A stretch of 64,000 nt of DNA from Hyaloraphidium curvatum SAG 235-1 (lineage: Eukaryota; Fungi; Monoblepharomycota). Made by a program: the position numbers and the translations under genes. The notes below the pieces were generated by a model. That model searched no databases. It had not been told where the DNA came from and was given only the letters and a program-made list of their open reading frames with translations. Positions 1-13,307 of this stretch are shown here, piece after piece (the stretch's first letter is position 1; each line of letters starts with the position of its first letter). The stretch lies in assembly GCA_025558095.1 (NCBI GenBank), contig JAIVFI010000020.1, positions 620,001-684,000 on the forward strand, read 5' to 3'.

Positions 1-1477
1 GAGGACGGTCCTGATGACGCCGTAGTCGATCCTGACCCCCGCCAGCCTCGCCGCCGCCTCCTCGTCCGCGGCCCGGAACTCGGCCAGCGCGCGGTAGTGC
101 CACCCCGCCGCCGCCTGGAACGCCGATCCGTCGGGCCCGGGGCGGGCGGCGGCGGCGCGCAGGGCGATCGAGCGGACCTCGGCCGCGGCGTCGCGGTACA
201 GCCCCGTGGCGCGGGCGATGCGGGCGTTGCTGTCGGCCGCGATGACGAGGTCGATGGAAGCAAAGACGAGCCACCAGCCGACCCAAGCGAGCTGCCACGC
301 CGTGATGCACCCCGCGATCTAAGCGGGAGGCGGGAGGGTCAGCAGGCGTTGGAAAGCAACGGGAACGGTAACGAACCCCGTTCAGGAGGAAGGCCACGGC
401 GGCGCAGAGGACAAAGGCCACAACCATCCGCCACGTCAGCTCCACGTGCACCATGCCCGTCGCCCACGAGTTCTGCAGCGCCGCGTTGAGCGCCACGTAC
501 GGCTCCTCCGGCCCCGGAATCGGCAGCGCGGGGTCGTCCGCCGCGGCTTCGAGGCGCCGGATGGTCCGGAGCAGGGCGACCGATAGCATGCGGCGCTGGA
601 GGCCGGCTTGGAGGTGCGAGAGAGAGGCCGTGTTGATGACGACGGCGCGCAGAGCCCAGACGGAGAAGAATAGGAAGGCGGCGCAGAGGACCAGGAAGAA
701 AGTGATGGCCCAGGGCGACGACCAGAAGAATGGCGCGTAGGTGAAGGCTGGGGTGGCGAGGAGCAGGATCCCAACGAAAAGGTGGAGGAGGGACAGGCCG
801 ACGAGGTCGGCGAGCTTCTCCCAAATGACGTTCCGGATGATGCGCCCGCAGCATGCCGGCCGGTCGCAGGGGCAGAAGGCGTCCCCGTCCTCGTGAATCA
901 ACAGAGGCGACAACCGGTCTTTGCCCCCGCCGTCCCGACCCTCCTCAATGAGCTTCTGGCGGCGCAACCAGATGGAAAGGGTAGAACGCGTGGAGAGGAA
1001 GTCGACGCCGGCGAGGTCGCGGGGCATGGGCCCGCGGCTGCTGCCGAGCATCACGGCCCCACGGAGGATCCACCAGGCGTAGCCCCAAAAGACGCAGAAC
1101 AGCTGGAGGGCCGCGGCGACGGTGCCGAGGGCCACGTTGCGGGGCGGGAACCGCTCCGGATCCCGGGAAGCCAGCGAAGCGGCGGCAGCGAGGGCAGGCA
1201 CGCCAAGGCATCCCGCGATCAACTCCCGCCACAACATCGAAAACCGCACCGCAAAGGCCGCGAAGACGCGCACCAGCCACGCGAGAGGAGCGGCGCCCCC
1301 GCGCGAGAGCGCCACCGCGGCGGGGCCGGACAGCAGCGGATCCGCGGCGCGGAGCTCCGCGGCCGGCTCGGCCGGCGGCGATATCCACCGAGGGAACGAC
1401 GGCAGCGCCGCGGCGGGGAACACTGCCGCCCATTCGCGGGCAGTCGGCACGAAATCGACGGGGTCGTCGGCCTCCAT
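1..1477 (-). CDS. Multi-pass membrane protein, putative 7TM ion-channel/gustatory-receptor-like (copy A, 3' end runs off the window)
   Basis: ATG at 1477 (MEADDPVDFVPTAREWAAVFP...). The frame is open and colinear with the paralog at 2012-3585, has the same intron position (GT at 376 to AG at 319) and shares the FCPCDxxxCC motif. It is absent from the ORF track, probably because it has no stop inside the window. Confidence 0.85.
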   Translation of the reverse strand, partial: MEADDPVDFVPTAREWAAVFPAAALPSFPRWISPPAEPAAELRAADPLLSGPAAVALSRGGAAPLAWLVRVFAAFAVRFSMLWRELIAGCLGVPALAAAASLASRDPERFPPRNVALGTVAAALQLFCVFWGYAWWILRGAVMLGSSRGPMPRDLAGVDFLSTRSTLSIWLRRQKLIEEGRDGGGKDRLSPLLIHEDGDAFCPCDRPACCGRIIRNVIWEKLADLVGLSLLHLFVGILLLATPAFTYAPFFWSSPWAITFFLVLCAAFLFFSVWALRAVVINTASLSHLQAGLQRRMLSVALLRTIRRLEAAADDPALPIPGPEEPYVALNAALQNSWATGMVHVELTWRMVVAFVLCAAVAFLLNGVRYRSRCFPTPADPPASRLDRGVHHGVAARLGRLVARLCFHRPRHRGRQQRPHRPRHGAVPRRRGRGPLDRPARRRRPPRARRIGVPGGGGVALPRAGRVPGRGRGGGGEAGGGQDRLRRHQDRP

Positions 1478-2011
1478 GTGGAGGACGCGGCGCCGGTGAT
1501 TAGCGAAGGAACGGCGGAACCCGATGTGTATACGAATCGTAGCGTCCGCTCACTTGCCGACGTGGGTCCCGATCGCGCAAGTATGGCAGAGACCATAGAT
1601 CTACAGATTCCAGAGATGTCGCAGCGCAGCACGCGTATTCAAGCCTCCTTGCTGAATATTGCTCTCACGCCGTACCTGCCCGCTTGGTACCGCCGACCGC
1701 GTGGCAATGGAAAGGGTCAAACCTGGCGCCTCCCGAGTAAAGATGATGTGGATTTATTCCGATGTTGAAAGATAGGAGGCCTCCCGTGAGTGTGGCAAAC
1801 CCGTTGTACGTGTAACGTGGGGGCAGGTTCAACCATCTTGCTTGGCTCAGGCGAGGAGGCGTGGATACCCTTGCTACGTGCATCTGCAAGGTGCACATCC
1901 AGCGGATCTCGACAGTGATTGATCGGGATGACCAACCTCGGGGCGAGGAGGACGGGTCCTCGCGATCGAACGTTCCGAGGTTCCAACCCACCGTCAACGC
2001 CGCGTCTCCCA

Positions 2012-3585
2012 ATGGCCGACGACCCGGCCAATTTCGTGCCGACGGCCCGCGAATGGGCTGCGGTGTTCCCCGCCGCGGCGGCGCCGTCGTTCCCGCCGTG
2101 GAAGGCGGCGCCGGCCGACCCGGCCTCGTCGCTGCGGGCCGCGGACCCGCTGCTGTCGGGGCCGTTCGCGGAGGCGCTCTCGCACGACGGCGCCGCGCCG
2201 CTCGCGTGGCTGGTGCGCGCGTACGCGGCGGTTGCGGGGCGGTCCCCGCTGCTCTGGCGCGAGGCGCTCGCCGCCCCGCTCGCCGTCCCGGCGCTCGCGG
2301 CGGCCGCAACCCTGGCGGCGCAGGACGCCCAGCGCTTCCCGGCCCGCAACGTCGCCCTCGGGACAGTGGCCGCGGTGCTCCAGCTGTTCTGTACGTTTCT
2401 CGGCTACCTCTGGTGGTTCATTGGCGGTGCCGTTTTCGGAGGCGGGAATTTCCGCCGTCGCGCCCTCCCGACCGGCGACTGGAGCACGATCGATTTTCTC
2501 TCGTGGATATCGACACTTTCGGTTTGGTTGCGTCGCCGGAAGCTCCTTGCAGAGGGTCGGGACGGCGGCGGGAAGGATCACATGTCTCCGCTCCTCGTCC
2601 ACGAGGACGGGGATGCTTTCTGCCCCTGCGACGGAGCAGGGTGCTGCGGGGACATTATCCGGAAGGTCACGTGGGAGAAGCTCGCTGACCTCCTCGGTTT
2701 GTCCCTCCTCCATCTTTTCGTTGGGATCCTGCTCCTCGCCACCCCAGCCTTCACCTACGCGTCGCGCTTCTGGCCGTCGCCCTGGGCCGTTACTTTCTTC
2801 CTGACGCTCTGCGGCTGGCTTTTATTCTTCTCCGTCTGGTGCATGCGTGCCATCGTCATCAACACGGCCTCGCTCTCCCACCTTGAGGCCTGCCTCCAAC
2901 GCCGCATGCTCTCGCTGGTCCTCCTCCGGACCATCCGGCGCCTCGATGCGGCCGCGGACGATCCCACGCTGCCGATCCCGGGCTCGGACGAGCCCTACCT
3001 GGCGCTCAACGCCGCGCTGCAGCATTCGTGGGCGACGGGCATGATGCACGAGGACATCACCCGCAGGCTGATGACCTCGTTCGTCCTCTGCGCTGCCGCC
3101 GCCTTCCTCCTGAATGGGGTTCGTCCCGCGCACCCTGCCCCGCGCTCTGCCTGACCCACCGCTTGATTCTTCCCCAGATTGCAGGCTGCATCGCGGCGTG
3201 GCAGGTCGCCTGGGTGGGGTGGTGGCTCCTCTACGCCACCGCCGAGCTGGTCATCGCCGCCGACAGCAACGCAAGGATCGCCCGCGCGACGGCGTTGTAC
3301 CGCGACGCCGCGGCCGAGGTCCGCTCGATCGCCCTGCGCGCCACCGCCGCCCGCCCCGGGCCCGACGGATCGGCGTTCCAGGCTGCGGCGGGGTGGCATT
3401 ACCGCGCCCTGGCCGAGTTCCGGGCCGCGGACGAGGAGGCGGCGGCGAGGCTGGCGGGGGTCAGGATCGACTACGGCGTCATCAGGACCGTGCTGGCATC
3501 GGTGGTCACGCTGGCCGCGGCGCTGTGGGGGGTGCTCCGGGGGGTGGGGATCGTGGTGGTGCTCGAGACGTTCTGTCCCGCGTGA
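2012..3585 (+). CDS. Multi-pass membrane protein, putative 7TM ion-channel/gustatory-receptor-like (copy B)
   Basis: ORFs 1919..3154 and 3028..3585 join through intron 3119-3177 (GT...ctgac...cccag). Several hydrophobic helices; C-terminus ARLAGVRIDYGVIRTVLASVVTLAAALWGVLRG. Confidence 0.85.
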
Positions 3586-3831
3586 GCAGCTGCAGGAGGC
3601 TTTCGATGCGTGGACCTTGTCGATCGCGACATGCTGGAGCGATCGGATAGCGAGCGTGGGAAGGCTTCGGGGGTCGTCCAGCGGCCGAACCTCGCAGCTC
3701 AACAGCCCCAGCGATCGTATCACTGAGCATCAAAGAGCCCCATCTCGCTTCCTCCAATAGAGATGCGTGTTATTCGCACCACCAGGAGAGACGGTCGTCT
3801 CCCACCCATCGGTGTGGCAAATTACCTGACA

Positions 3832-5436
3832 ATGAACCTCGCGCACCTTTTGGAGAAGCGCGCGGTCTCCGCGCCGGAGCGGCCCGCAATTTTCCGCGGC
3901 GCCAAATGCACCGCCACGTACGGTGAGTGGGCGGCGCGGGCGGCGCGCGTGGGCGGGGCGCTGAGGGCCAAAGGTGGGACGCGTCTCCCCGGCGGCGCGC
4001 ACCACGCTAAACTGCGTGCAGGCCTCGTTGAGGGCGACCGCGTCGCGGTATTCATGAAGAACCACCCGCGCTACCTGGAGTTCCTGTTCGGCATCTGGTG
4101 GGCCGGATTGGTCGCCGTGCCGGTCAACGCCAAGCTGCACGTGCGCGAGGCCGAGTGGATCGTGGGCACCGCCAAGGCCAGGGTCGCGTTCGTGACAAAG
4201 GACACCGTGTCCCGCGCGGGCGAGCTCGGGGAGGGCGTGGAAATCGTCGATGCGGACGGCGGACGGGCGGACGGGATGCTAAACAGCGGCCCCGCGCTGC
4301 CGGCGGTCACCGAACGCGCCGGCGGCGACCCGGCGTGGCTGTTCTTCACCTCCGGCACCACGGGAAAGCCCAAAGGCGCCGTGCTGACCAACAGGAACCT
4401 GATGACCATGGGCCTGGGCTACTTCGCGGACGTCGACCACATCGCCCCGGGCGACGCCCACGCCTACGCCGCGCCCATGTCGCACGGCGCGGGGATATAC
4501 GCCATTCCACACGTCATGGCCGGCGCGCGGCACGTGGTCCCCGAATCCGGCGGCTTCGACGCCGCGGAGCTGTTCGAGCTCGGCATGCAGGTCGGCCCGC
4601 TGAGCATGTTTGCCGCGCCGACCATCGTCAAGCGGCTCGTCGACGAGGCCGAGGCGCGGGGACACACGCCCGAGCGGTGCGCGCGCTCCTTCAAGACCAT
4701 CGTCTACGGCGGGGCGCCCATGTACGTCGCCGACATCACACGCGCGCTGCGTGTCATGGGCCCGCTCTTCGTCCAGATCTTTGGGCAGGGCGAGACCCCC
4801 ATGAGCGGCACCGTGCTCTCGCGGCAGCTCCTGTCGGACACCTCGCACCCGCGGTACCTGGACCGCCTGGCCTCGGTCGGCGTCGCGCAGACCACCGTGC
4901 GCATCCGCGTGGCCGATCCCAAGGGGCGCGACCTACCCCCCGGCGAGATCGGCGAGGTGCTCGTGGCGGGCGACACCGTCATGGGCGGCGGGTACCTGGA
5001 CAACCCCGCGGCGACGGCGTCGGCGATCCGGGACGGGTGGCTGTGGACGGGGGACATGGGGTTCCTCGACGGGGACGGGTTCCTCACGCTCAAGGACAGG
5101 AGCAAGGACGTGCTGATCTCGGGCGGATCCAACATCTACCCGAGGGAGGTGGAGGAGGCCCTGCTCGCGGCGCCGGGGGTGGCGGAGGTGTCGGTGATCG
5201 GGGCGCCGGACCCGGAGTGGGGCGAGGTGGTCGTGGCGTTCGTCGTCCCCTCGGCCGGGGCCGCCCTCGCGGCCGACGCGCTGGACGCGCACTGCATCGC
5301 CAACATCGCGCGGTTCAAGCGGCCCAAGCGCTACGTGTTCGTGGACGCGCTGCCCAAGAACAACTACGGCAAGGTGCTCAAGACCGAGCTGAGGCAGAGG
5401 ATCGCGGAAGAGGGGGCGATAAAGACGAAGCTGTAA
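3832..5436 (+). CDS. AMP-dependent acyl-CoA synthetase/ligase, bacterial-like, C-terminal TKL
   Basis: Motifs FTSGTTGKPKG, QIFGQGE, TGDMG, SGGSNIYPREVE and LPKNNYGK. Probable single 48-nt in-frame intron at 3974-4021. Confidence 0.93.
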   Translation: MNLAHLLEKRAVSAPERPAIFRGAKCTATYGEWAARAARVGGALRAKGGTRLPGGAHHAKLRAGLVEGDRVAVFMKNHPRYLEFLFGIWWAGLVAVPVNAKLHVREAEWIVGTAKARVAFVTKDTVSRAGELGEGVEIVDADGGRADGMLNSGPALPAVTERAGGDPAWLFFTSGTTGKPKGAVLTNRNLMTMGLGYFADVDHIAPGDAHAYAAPMSHGAGIYAIPHVMAGARHVVPESGGFDAAELFELGMQVGPLSMFAAPTIVKRLVDEAEARGHTPERCARSFKTIVYGGAPMYVADITRALRVMGPLFVQIFGQGETPMSGTVLSRQLLSDTSHPRYLDRLASVGVAQTTVRIRVADPKGRDLPPGEIGEVLVAGDTVMGGGYLDNPAATASAIRDGWLWTGDMGFLDGDGFLTLKDRSKDVLISGGSNIYPREVEEALLAAPGVAEVSVIGAPDPEWGEVVVAFVVPSAGAALAADALDAHCIANIARFKRPKRYVFVDALPKNNYGKVLKTELRQRIAEEGAIKTKL

Positions 5437-5475
5437 TCCGGGCAGGTCAACGTGAATCACATATGGTGCCTCCGT

Positions 5476-6919
5476 CTAGTCGAATCCGGCGACCTCTGGC
5501 TTCTTCTCCCGTTCCGCCGCGGCCTGCCCGAAAGTCCACGCCTGGTACAGGATGTAGATATCGAACACGATGGTGCCCATGCTACCCATGATGTACGGGA
5601 ACGTGGACAGCCAGAACTCGCCGTTGACGGCAGGCAATCGGAGGAGGATCCCCAAGCCGTAGGCGAGGTTGCCCGACACGGTGAGGAAGAACATGGGTAT
5701 GGAAAGACCCTCGACGGACTGGAGGGCGGCGTTCTCGAGGATCTGGGGGAATCTGGGAGACCGGGAGCGGTCAGAGATCGAAAACAGGACCACGGGTGGA
5801 CACCGACCGAGAAAACATGTAGAACAGGCCCGACGTCCACGCGCAGACGTAGCCGAGCACGCGCGCCAGTTCCGAGGTGGGCTGCTGCGCGTTGCACAGC
5901 GGCGGCGGGGCAAAGGTCCTGGCAGCGGCCTCGAGCAGGGCCCCACCGAGGGTGACTGGCGACCCGTCCGCACCGGGGACGCCCAATGGGAGGCACAGCG
6001 CGACGCAGGCGACGATCGCGAGGGAAGCGCCCGAAAGCGCGGGGGTGTTGTACCCCAGCACGTTGCCCGTCAGGGAGCGCTTTCGCGACGAGGTGCTCGA
6101 CGTGCGTCGTGGCCGGTCGCCCGGGCCCGCAGAGGGCGTCGCAGAGTCTTCAGAGCCGTTACGGGTGCGGGCGCCATCGGCAAGGAGGGGGGTGGATTCG
6201 TCCGCGGCGATGTACGTGATACTCCCGACCTGCCCTTCCGGGGGCACCGTGGGCGTCGGCGGCTCGGAGACGAGGGTGCCGGCGGGTTTGTCCTCCTCGG
6301 CAAACAGGGGCATGAAATTGTTGTAGTAGAGCCACTGGAGGAGGATGAGGGCGTCCGTGATGAGGAAGTAGATGGCGGTGGCTCTTTGGGGAGGGAGCTG
6401 GAACGGGACTTTAGCAACTGGCTTCCTGCCACTTTGGTGAAGTAGCCGACCGACCTGATTTGCCAGGTAGGTGCCCACGAGGTTGGCAATGTCCCCGAAC
6501 GTCCAACTGCGTGGCTAAGTGAGGACGCAGCCTCGGAGAATCGGAAACCGACCCACAGCGTCAGCAACCCAAAAGACAGCCCTTCCACGGACTTCCTCTT
6601 GAAGTTGAGGTGGAGCTGGGGGATGAACACGATGATCCATATGAGCAGCGACAGCATGCCGAAGGCCCATGAGGCGTAGTCCTGCGGCGAGTAGACGCAG
6701 TCGCCGAAGAAGCTACCAATCCACTGCAAGCGACATCGGGGAGACGCAACATCGACTAATGAGCGCCCATTCCTACGAAAGAACCCCGCAAAGTCTCGCC
6801 TGGTTGAACCGGTGCCCGTCGACAAACTCGGGTTCGCAGACGCAGGTGGACGCGTTCCCCGCCGCGGCGTGCGGCCGAGCAGCCGGCGGGGCGCGTGACG
6901 GGCCCCACCGCAGCGCCAT
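5476..6919 (-). CDS. PQ-loop repeat vacuolar/lysosomal amino-acid transporter (Ypq/PQLC2-like)
   Basis: Two PQ motifs (VFIPQLHLNFKRKSVEGLS; RFPQILENAALQSVEGLS). Multi-exon; intron 1 is GC-AG (6799-6724). Confidence 0.9.
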
Positions 6920-7370
6920 GGCCGCGATTCGCAAGGAATGGAGGCGCTGAGGGGGTTTGGGACCGCGGCGTGATGGGTTGGACGGGCAGCGCAGGGTCCG
7001 TTGACTTGTTGGTCCCCTCGCCGACTGGCCGACGCCGTCCGAATCAAACAACCCGCCGTGACCCATCGGCCGCTCATCGGCCGCCGAAACACCCGCGGTT
7101 GCACTCCACAGCGGTTTTGCTGCCGGCCCGCCTGGCGCGTCGCCCTCCGCCCCTTTGCCGGAGCCCCCCGCACCGCCCGCACCGTCGCCGCAAACACGGA
7201 CCCGGAACCGCACGCACGCGGTCAGGTGCGACTCCCTTTCGGCTCCCTGCCTCTGGAGAGAGGGCTTATATTGGCCGTTGACCCCTCGATCGGGCCGTTG
7301 CGGTGTTTGGTTCTCGTCGCCACCCTTCTGCCTCCGCCTCCGTCCGGCCGGCCACTGCAACAGGCCAGCC

Positions 7371-9129
7371 ATGCCGCCCCAGCAGTTCCCCGCGGCGATT
7401 GAGAAGAAGTACAAGTTTCTGAGGGAGCTCGGAGCCGGAGCCTATGGGGTTGTTTGGTGAGGGTCGATGGGCACCGGTTGCGGGTGACACGCGGCGAGAG
7501 GCGAGGAAGTCGGCCGGGCGAGAGACCGCCTCGGGGAAGGAACTCCTGCCGAGGCAGCTGTCTCGGCATCTCCCCTACCCGACCATGAGCTCGGTTGCTG
7601 ACGGTGGTGCCGTTCCGCCCCGGCAGCGCGCTCAAGAACCTGGAGACCGGGGAGGAGGTCGCTTGCAAGAAGCTCATCAAGGTCTTCGACAAACCCATCC
7701 TTGCGCGGCGGGCGTTGAGGGAGATCAAGCTTCTGCGGCACCTGAATGGCCACGAGAACGTGAGTTGGTCGAGCTTCTTGCCCGCTGCCCGGCCAACCGG
7801 CGCCCCCCAGATCACCAACCTCATTGACATCGAGATTGCCGACCCCAACAACTTCAACGAGGTCTTCCTCATTGAGGGTCTCATGGAGGCCGACCTGCAC
7901 CAGATCATTCGCTCCGGCCAGCCCCTCACGGACGCTCACTTCCAGTACTTCCTGTACCAGATCTGCCGCGGGATGAAGTGGATCCACACCGCCAACATCC
8001 TGCACCGCGACCTCAAGCCGGGGAACCTGCTTGTCAACGCGGACTGCGAGCTCCGCGTTTGCGACTTTGGGCTGGCCCGGGGGTTCTCGCAGACCCCCGA
8101 GTCCAACGCCGGGTTCATGACCGAGTACGTCACCACGCGGTGGTACCGGGCGCCGGAGATCATGCTCAGCTTCCAGTGCTACACGAAAGCCAGTGGGTGG
8201 AGCTGTTGCGGAATCGAGTATCTGCTTACTGATGGCCGTTCTGCCCAGTCGACGTTTGGTCGGTCGGGTGCATCTTTGCCGAGCTCCTCGGAGGCAAGCC
8301 CCTCTTCAAGGGGCAGACATGTGGGTCCGCCGCCCTGTACCCGCCTCCAGATCCTGAACCGGGACCCCGCAGACGTCGACCAGCTCAACCAGATCATGGG
8401 CATCCTCGGCACCCCCGACGACTCCCTCCTCCGCCGCATCGGCTCCGAAAAGGCCCTCTCCTACATCCGCTCCCTCCCCCGCATGGCCAAGGTGCCCTTC
8501 TCCAAGCTGTACCCCAAGGCCACCCCGCAGGCCCTGGACCTCCTGGAACGGATGCTCAAGTGGGACCCGCTGGAGCGCATCACGATCGAGAAGGCGCTGG
8601 AGCACCCGTACCTGGCCGCGTACCACGACAAGGAGGACGAGGTGGGCGGCGGGTGTTTGCGGTGTGGACGAGGGTGCTGACGGATCTTCGCAGCCGGCGT
8701 GCCCGTCCCACTTTGACTTTGGCTTCGAGTCGGTCAAGACGGTCGACGACATCAAAAGTGGGTGACCCCCCCTGCCGATCGGCCGCAGCTCATCGTTTCG
8801 CAACGCCTGCAGAGATGATCGTTGCCGAGATCGGCGACTTCAAGCGCCACCTCGCCGCCAAAGAGAGCAAAAAGGACCGCGGGCCGCTGTCGGCCCGCCT
8901 GCCGCACCCCCAGGCCGGGTTGGTTCCGCCGCCTTCCTCCCCGATCGCAACATGTTGACCCCCCGATCTTCGATCCAGCATGCCGAGCAAGGACGAGCGG
9001 GCATCGTTCGTCCGGGAGGACAACGACGAGGAGGTCGGCGGCGGCATCGAGGACGAGCTCCGGAGCATGAACCTCTCCCGCAAGCCGGCCGCCTCGGGCA
9101 CCACCGCCGTCCGCGTCCCCGCCCACTGA
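7371..9129 (+). CDS. MAP kinase, Slt2/Mpk1/Pmk1 (cell-wall integrity) subfamily, copy 1
   Basis: [33 protein letters not shown] and [21 protein letters not shown] motifs; multi-exon. Confidence 0.93.
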
Positions 9130-9232
9130 GCCTCCCCGCCTTGGACAGCAACCGCAGATGTAGATTTCGCCGCTTTCGCACGATGACGGAGTATACCCGC
9201 AATGTATCGCCCCGGTTCCAAAACAAGGAGGG

Positions 9233-10940
<1,708 letters not shown>

Positions 10941-11432
10941 CGCGCCGGCGGCGGCGTGCGCGCAACTGCGGCTGCCGCGATGGCCGCGTCGGCGGCGGAG
11001 AAGGGGGTTCGCGGGCGGCGGTGTGGGCTCGGGCTGCGGCGCACGGGCGCGGGGCCCTGCAGCCGCCAGCGCCCTCAGTCACACAACTACCCAGGTAGCA
11101 CGGCTTGGGCCCCAGATTCCGTGGCATCCCCGCCATGAATAGAAGCATGATCACAAAAGAACATGCCGTGCTCGTCTGCCATCGTGATCCGCTCATGACG
11201 CGTGAAGCCCATCGATGCTTCCTGTCGATTGATGCATCACATGTCGGACATACAGCGAAAGGGAAAGGAGGCTACGAGTGGAAGAAAAAGTGGCATGTGG
11301 TGCTGTAACGGCTATCCTTTCCATCGCATCCTATCTTGGACGGATGGAAGAGGCCTACAAAGGGTTCCCGGCGGCGCGGGGGGTCACCCGTTCCCCCCGT
11401 CACCAACGTCCCCCACCGGCCCCGAACGCGCC

Positions 11433-13196
11433 ATGGCGGCGGCGCCAACGTTCGCGCCGCGAGAATATTGGCCCGCGTTCGAGGAGACGCTCGGCTTCGG
11501 GGAAGCGGACCTCGAGAAGTGGTTCGACTACAGGTCAGGCCGGATCCGATTTCTCAGGCGAGAGATGGGCACCAACGCGTCCACCTTCAGGCGGAAGTAC
11601 AACGAGAAGGCCGCCGGGCTTTGGCGGATCGGAGATAAGCTCTATGACCTGACGAAATTCGTGGACCAGCACCCCGGGGGGCCGGAGTGGCTCCAGATGA
11701 CTCGCGTTGGTTCCTGGTCTTGTCGAATCGGCTTTGACTGGACGTGGGAACGCGCTCTAGGGAACGGATATCACAGAGGCATTCGAGGCTCACCACCCGG
11801 GCATCGAGGCCGTGAGGAAGATTGCGGAGAAGTACTATGTGCGGGACGCGGACTGGCCACGCGAGAGCCCCGTCACCTTCGAGCCCGACGGCTTCTACGC
11901 CGTGCTCCGCGAGCGGGTCAACAAGAGGGTCAAGGAGATCGGACCGTGGCCCGCTCGACTGTCGAAGGCCATCGCGGACACCACGGCGGCCAGCTTCGTG
12001 GGCCTGTGCCTCGCCGCGGCCTACAAGCGGAGCCTGCCGCTCGCCCTCGCCGCGGGGATCAACGGCGGTATCCTCGGCGTCATGGCGCACAACTGGGTCC
12101 ACCAGAAGAGGCAGTTCCGGTGGCTCTACATGGAACTCTCGGGCGGGTCCCACGATGCTCTGCGGATGCACCACACTTACAGCGTGGGTGCGCCGGGTTG
12201 GTCCTTCCCTTTGCAACTCACATGGCGATCCGCAGCACCACCTGTACCCCAACACGTCCCTCGATGTTGAGCTCCCCCTCTTCGAGGCGATCAGTGAGTG
12301 AAGACTTATCGCTGCACGATCCCTGTCGTTGTTGATTGACCGTACCTGTAGCTGGACTCAACTGGTGGCCTGCGGGACCCAAGTCTAGCCGCAGCCTGTT
12401 CATCAACTACCTGAGTGGGTGCACCGTGTGCCAGCTCAGTGGCTATCGCTTACTGGTCGTGCCGATTGCAGAATATCACTTGCGACTCATCTTTCTCGGT
12501 CTCCTCGGCTCGGCCACCGCTCCCCTCCAAGTCTTGGCCGGGAAGGCCAAGAAGAAGGACACCATCAGCTACGTACTTCTGCTCGCCATGCTCCTCGCTC
12601 GGCGGAGATCCCCGGTGCCGAACTCCAAGTCCCTCCGGGGAATGCTGGAAACCTATGGGCTCTGGGCCGTCGCCAGGTCCTTCGGTGCCTGGTGGGGACT
12701 GAACGTGGGCTTGCTGGCCGGGCACTATGGGTGGGTTGGGTCGTCGTCGTGAGGCCCAGCACGCAGCTGATTTTCCCACAGCGACGAGGCGTGGCGGCAG
12801 GGCGATCTGGCGCCGCCCGTCAAGAAGATCCGCGACTTTGGCCTTCTCCAGCTCGAAGCCACGAGCGACCGGGTGGAGCTGTACGCGCCCAACCACGACC
12901 TCATGCTCCCCTTCATCCTCTCGACCTTTGGCGACCACAGCATGCACCACCTCTTCCCCACCGTGGACCACGCGTACCACCGCCACCTCTACGGCGACCT
13001 CGCCGAGGTGTGCAACCGGTTCGGGATCCGCTTCGCGTTCACGAGCACGTGGGACGAGATCGTCATGTTCTGGCGGCAGATATCCAGGATCGACCCGCTC
13101 AAGTCGAGCAGGCGGGTCGAGTGGGACGGGACCAACAGCCGCGGATGGGTCGACGGGAAGATGGGTTTCAAGGTCGGAGCCGAGCCGAAAGCATAG
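11433..13196 (+). CDS. Cytochrome b5-fused fatty-acid-desaturase-like protein (cytochrome b5-related protein family)
   Basis: GLWRIGDKLYDLTKFVDQHPGG b5 domain; His boxes HNWVH, RMHH and HSMHHLFP; multi-exon. Confidence 0.85.
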
Positions 13197-13307
13197 ATTG
13201 GGCCATCAGCAACGAACCACATTTGAAGTAGAGCAGCGGTCTGGCATCCGGCCCGACTCGTTCCGCCGCCGCTCCCAACGTCCCGACAAACAAACAGACT
13301 CTTCGAA

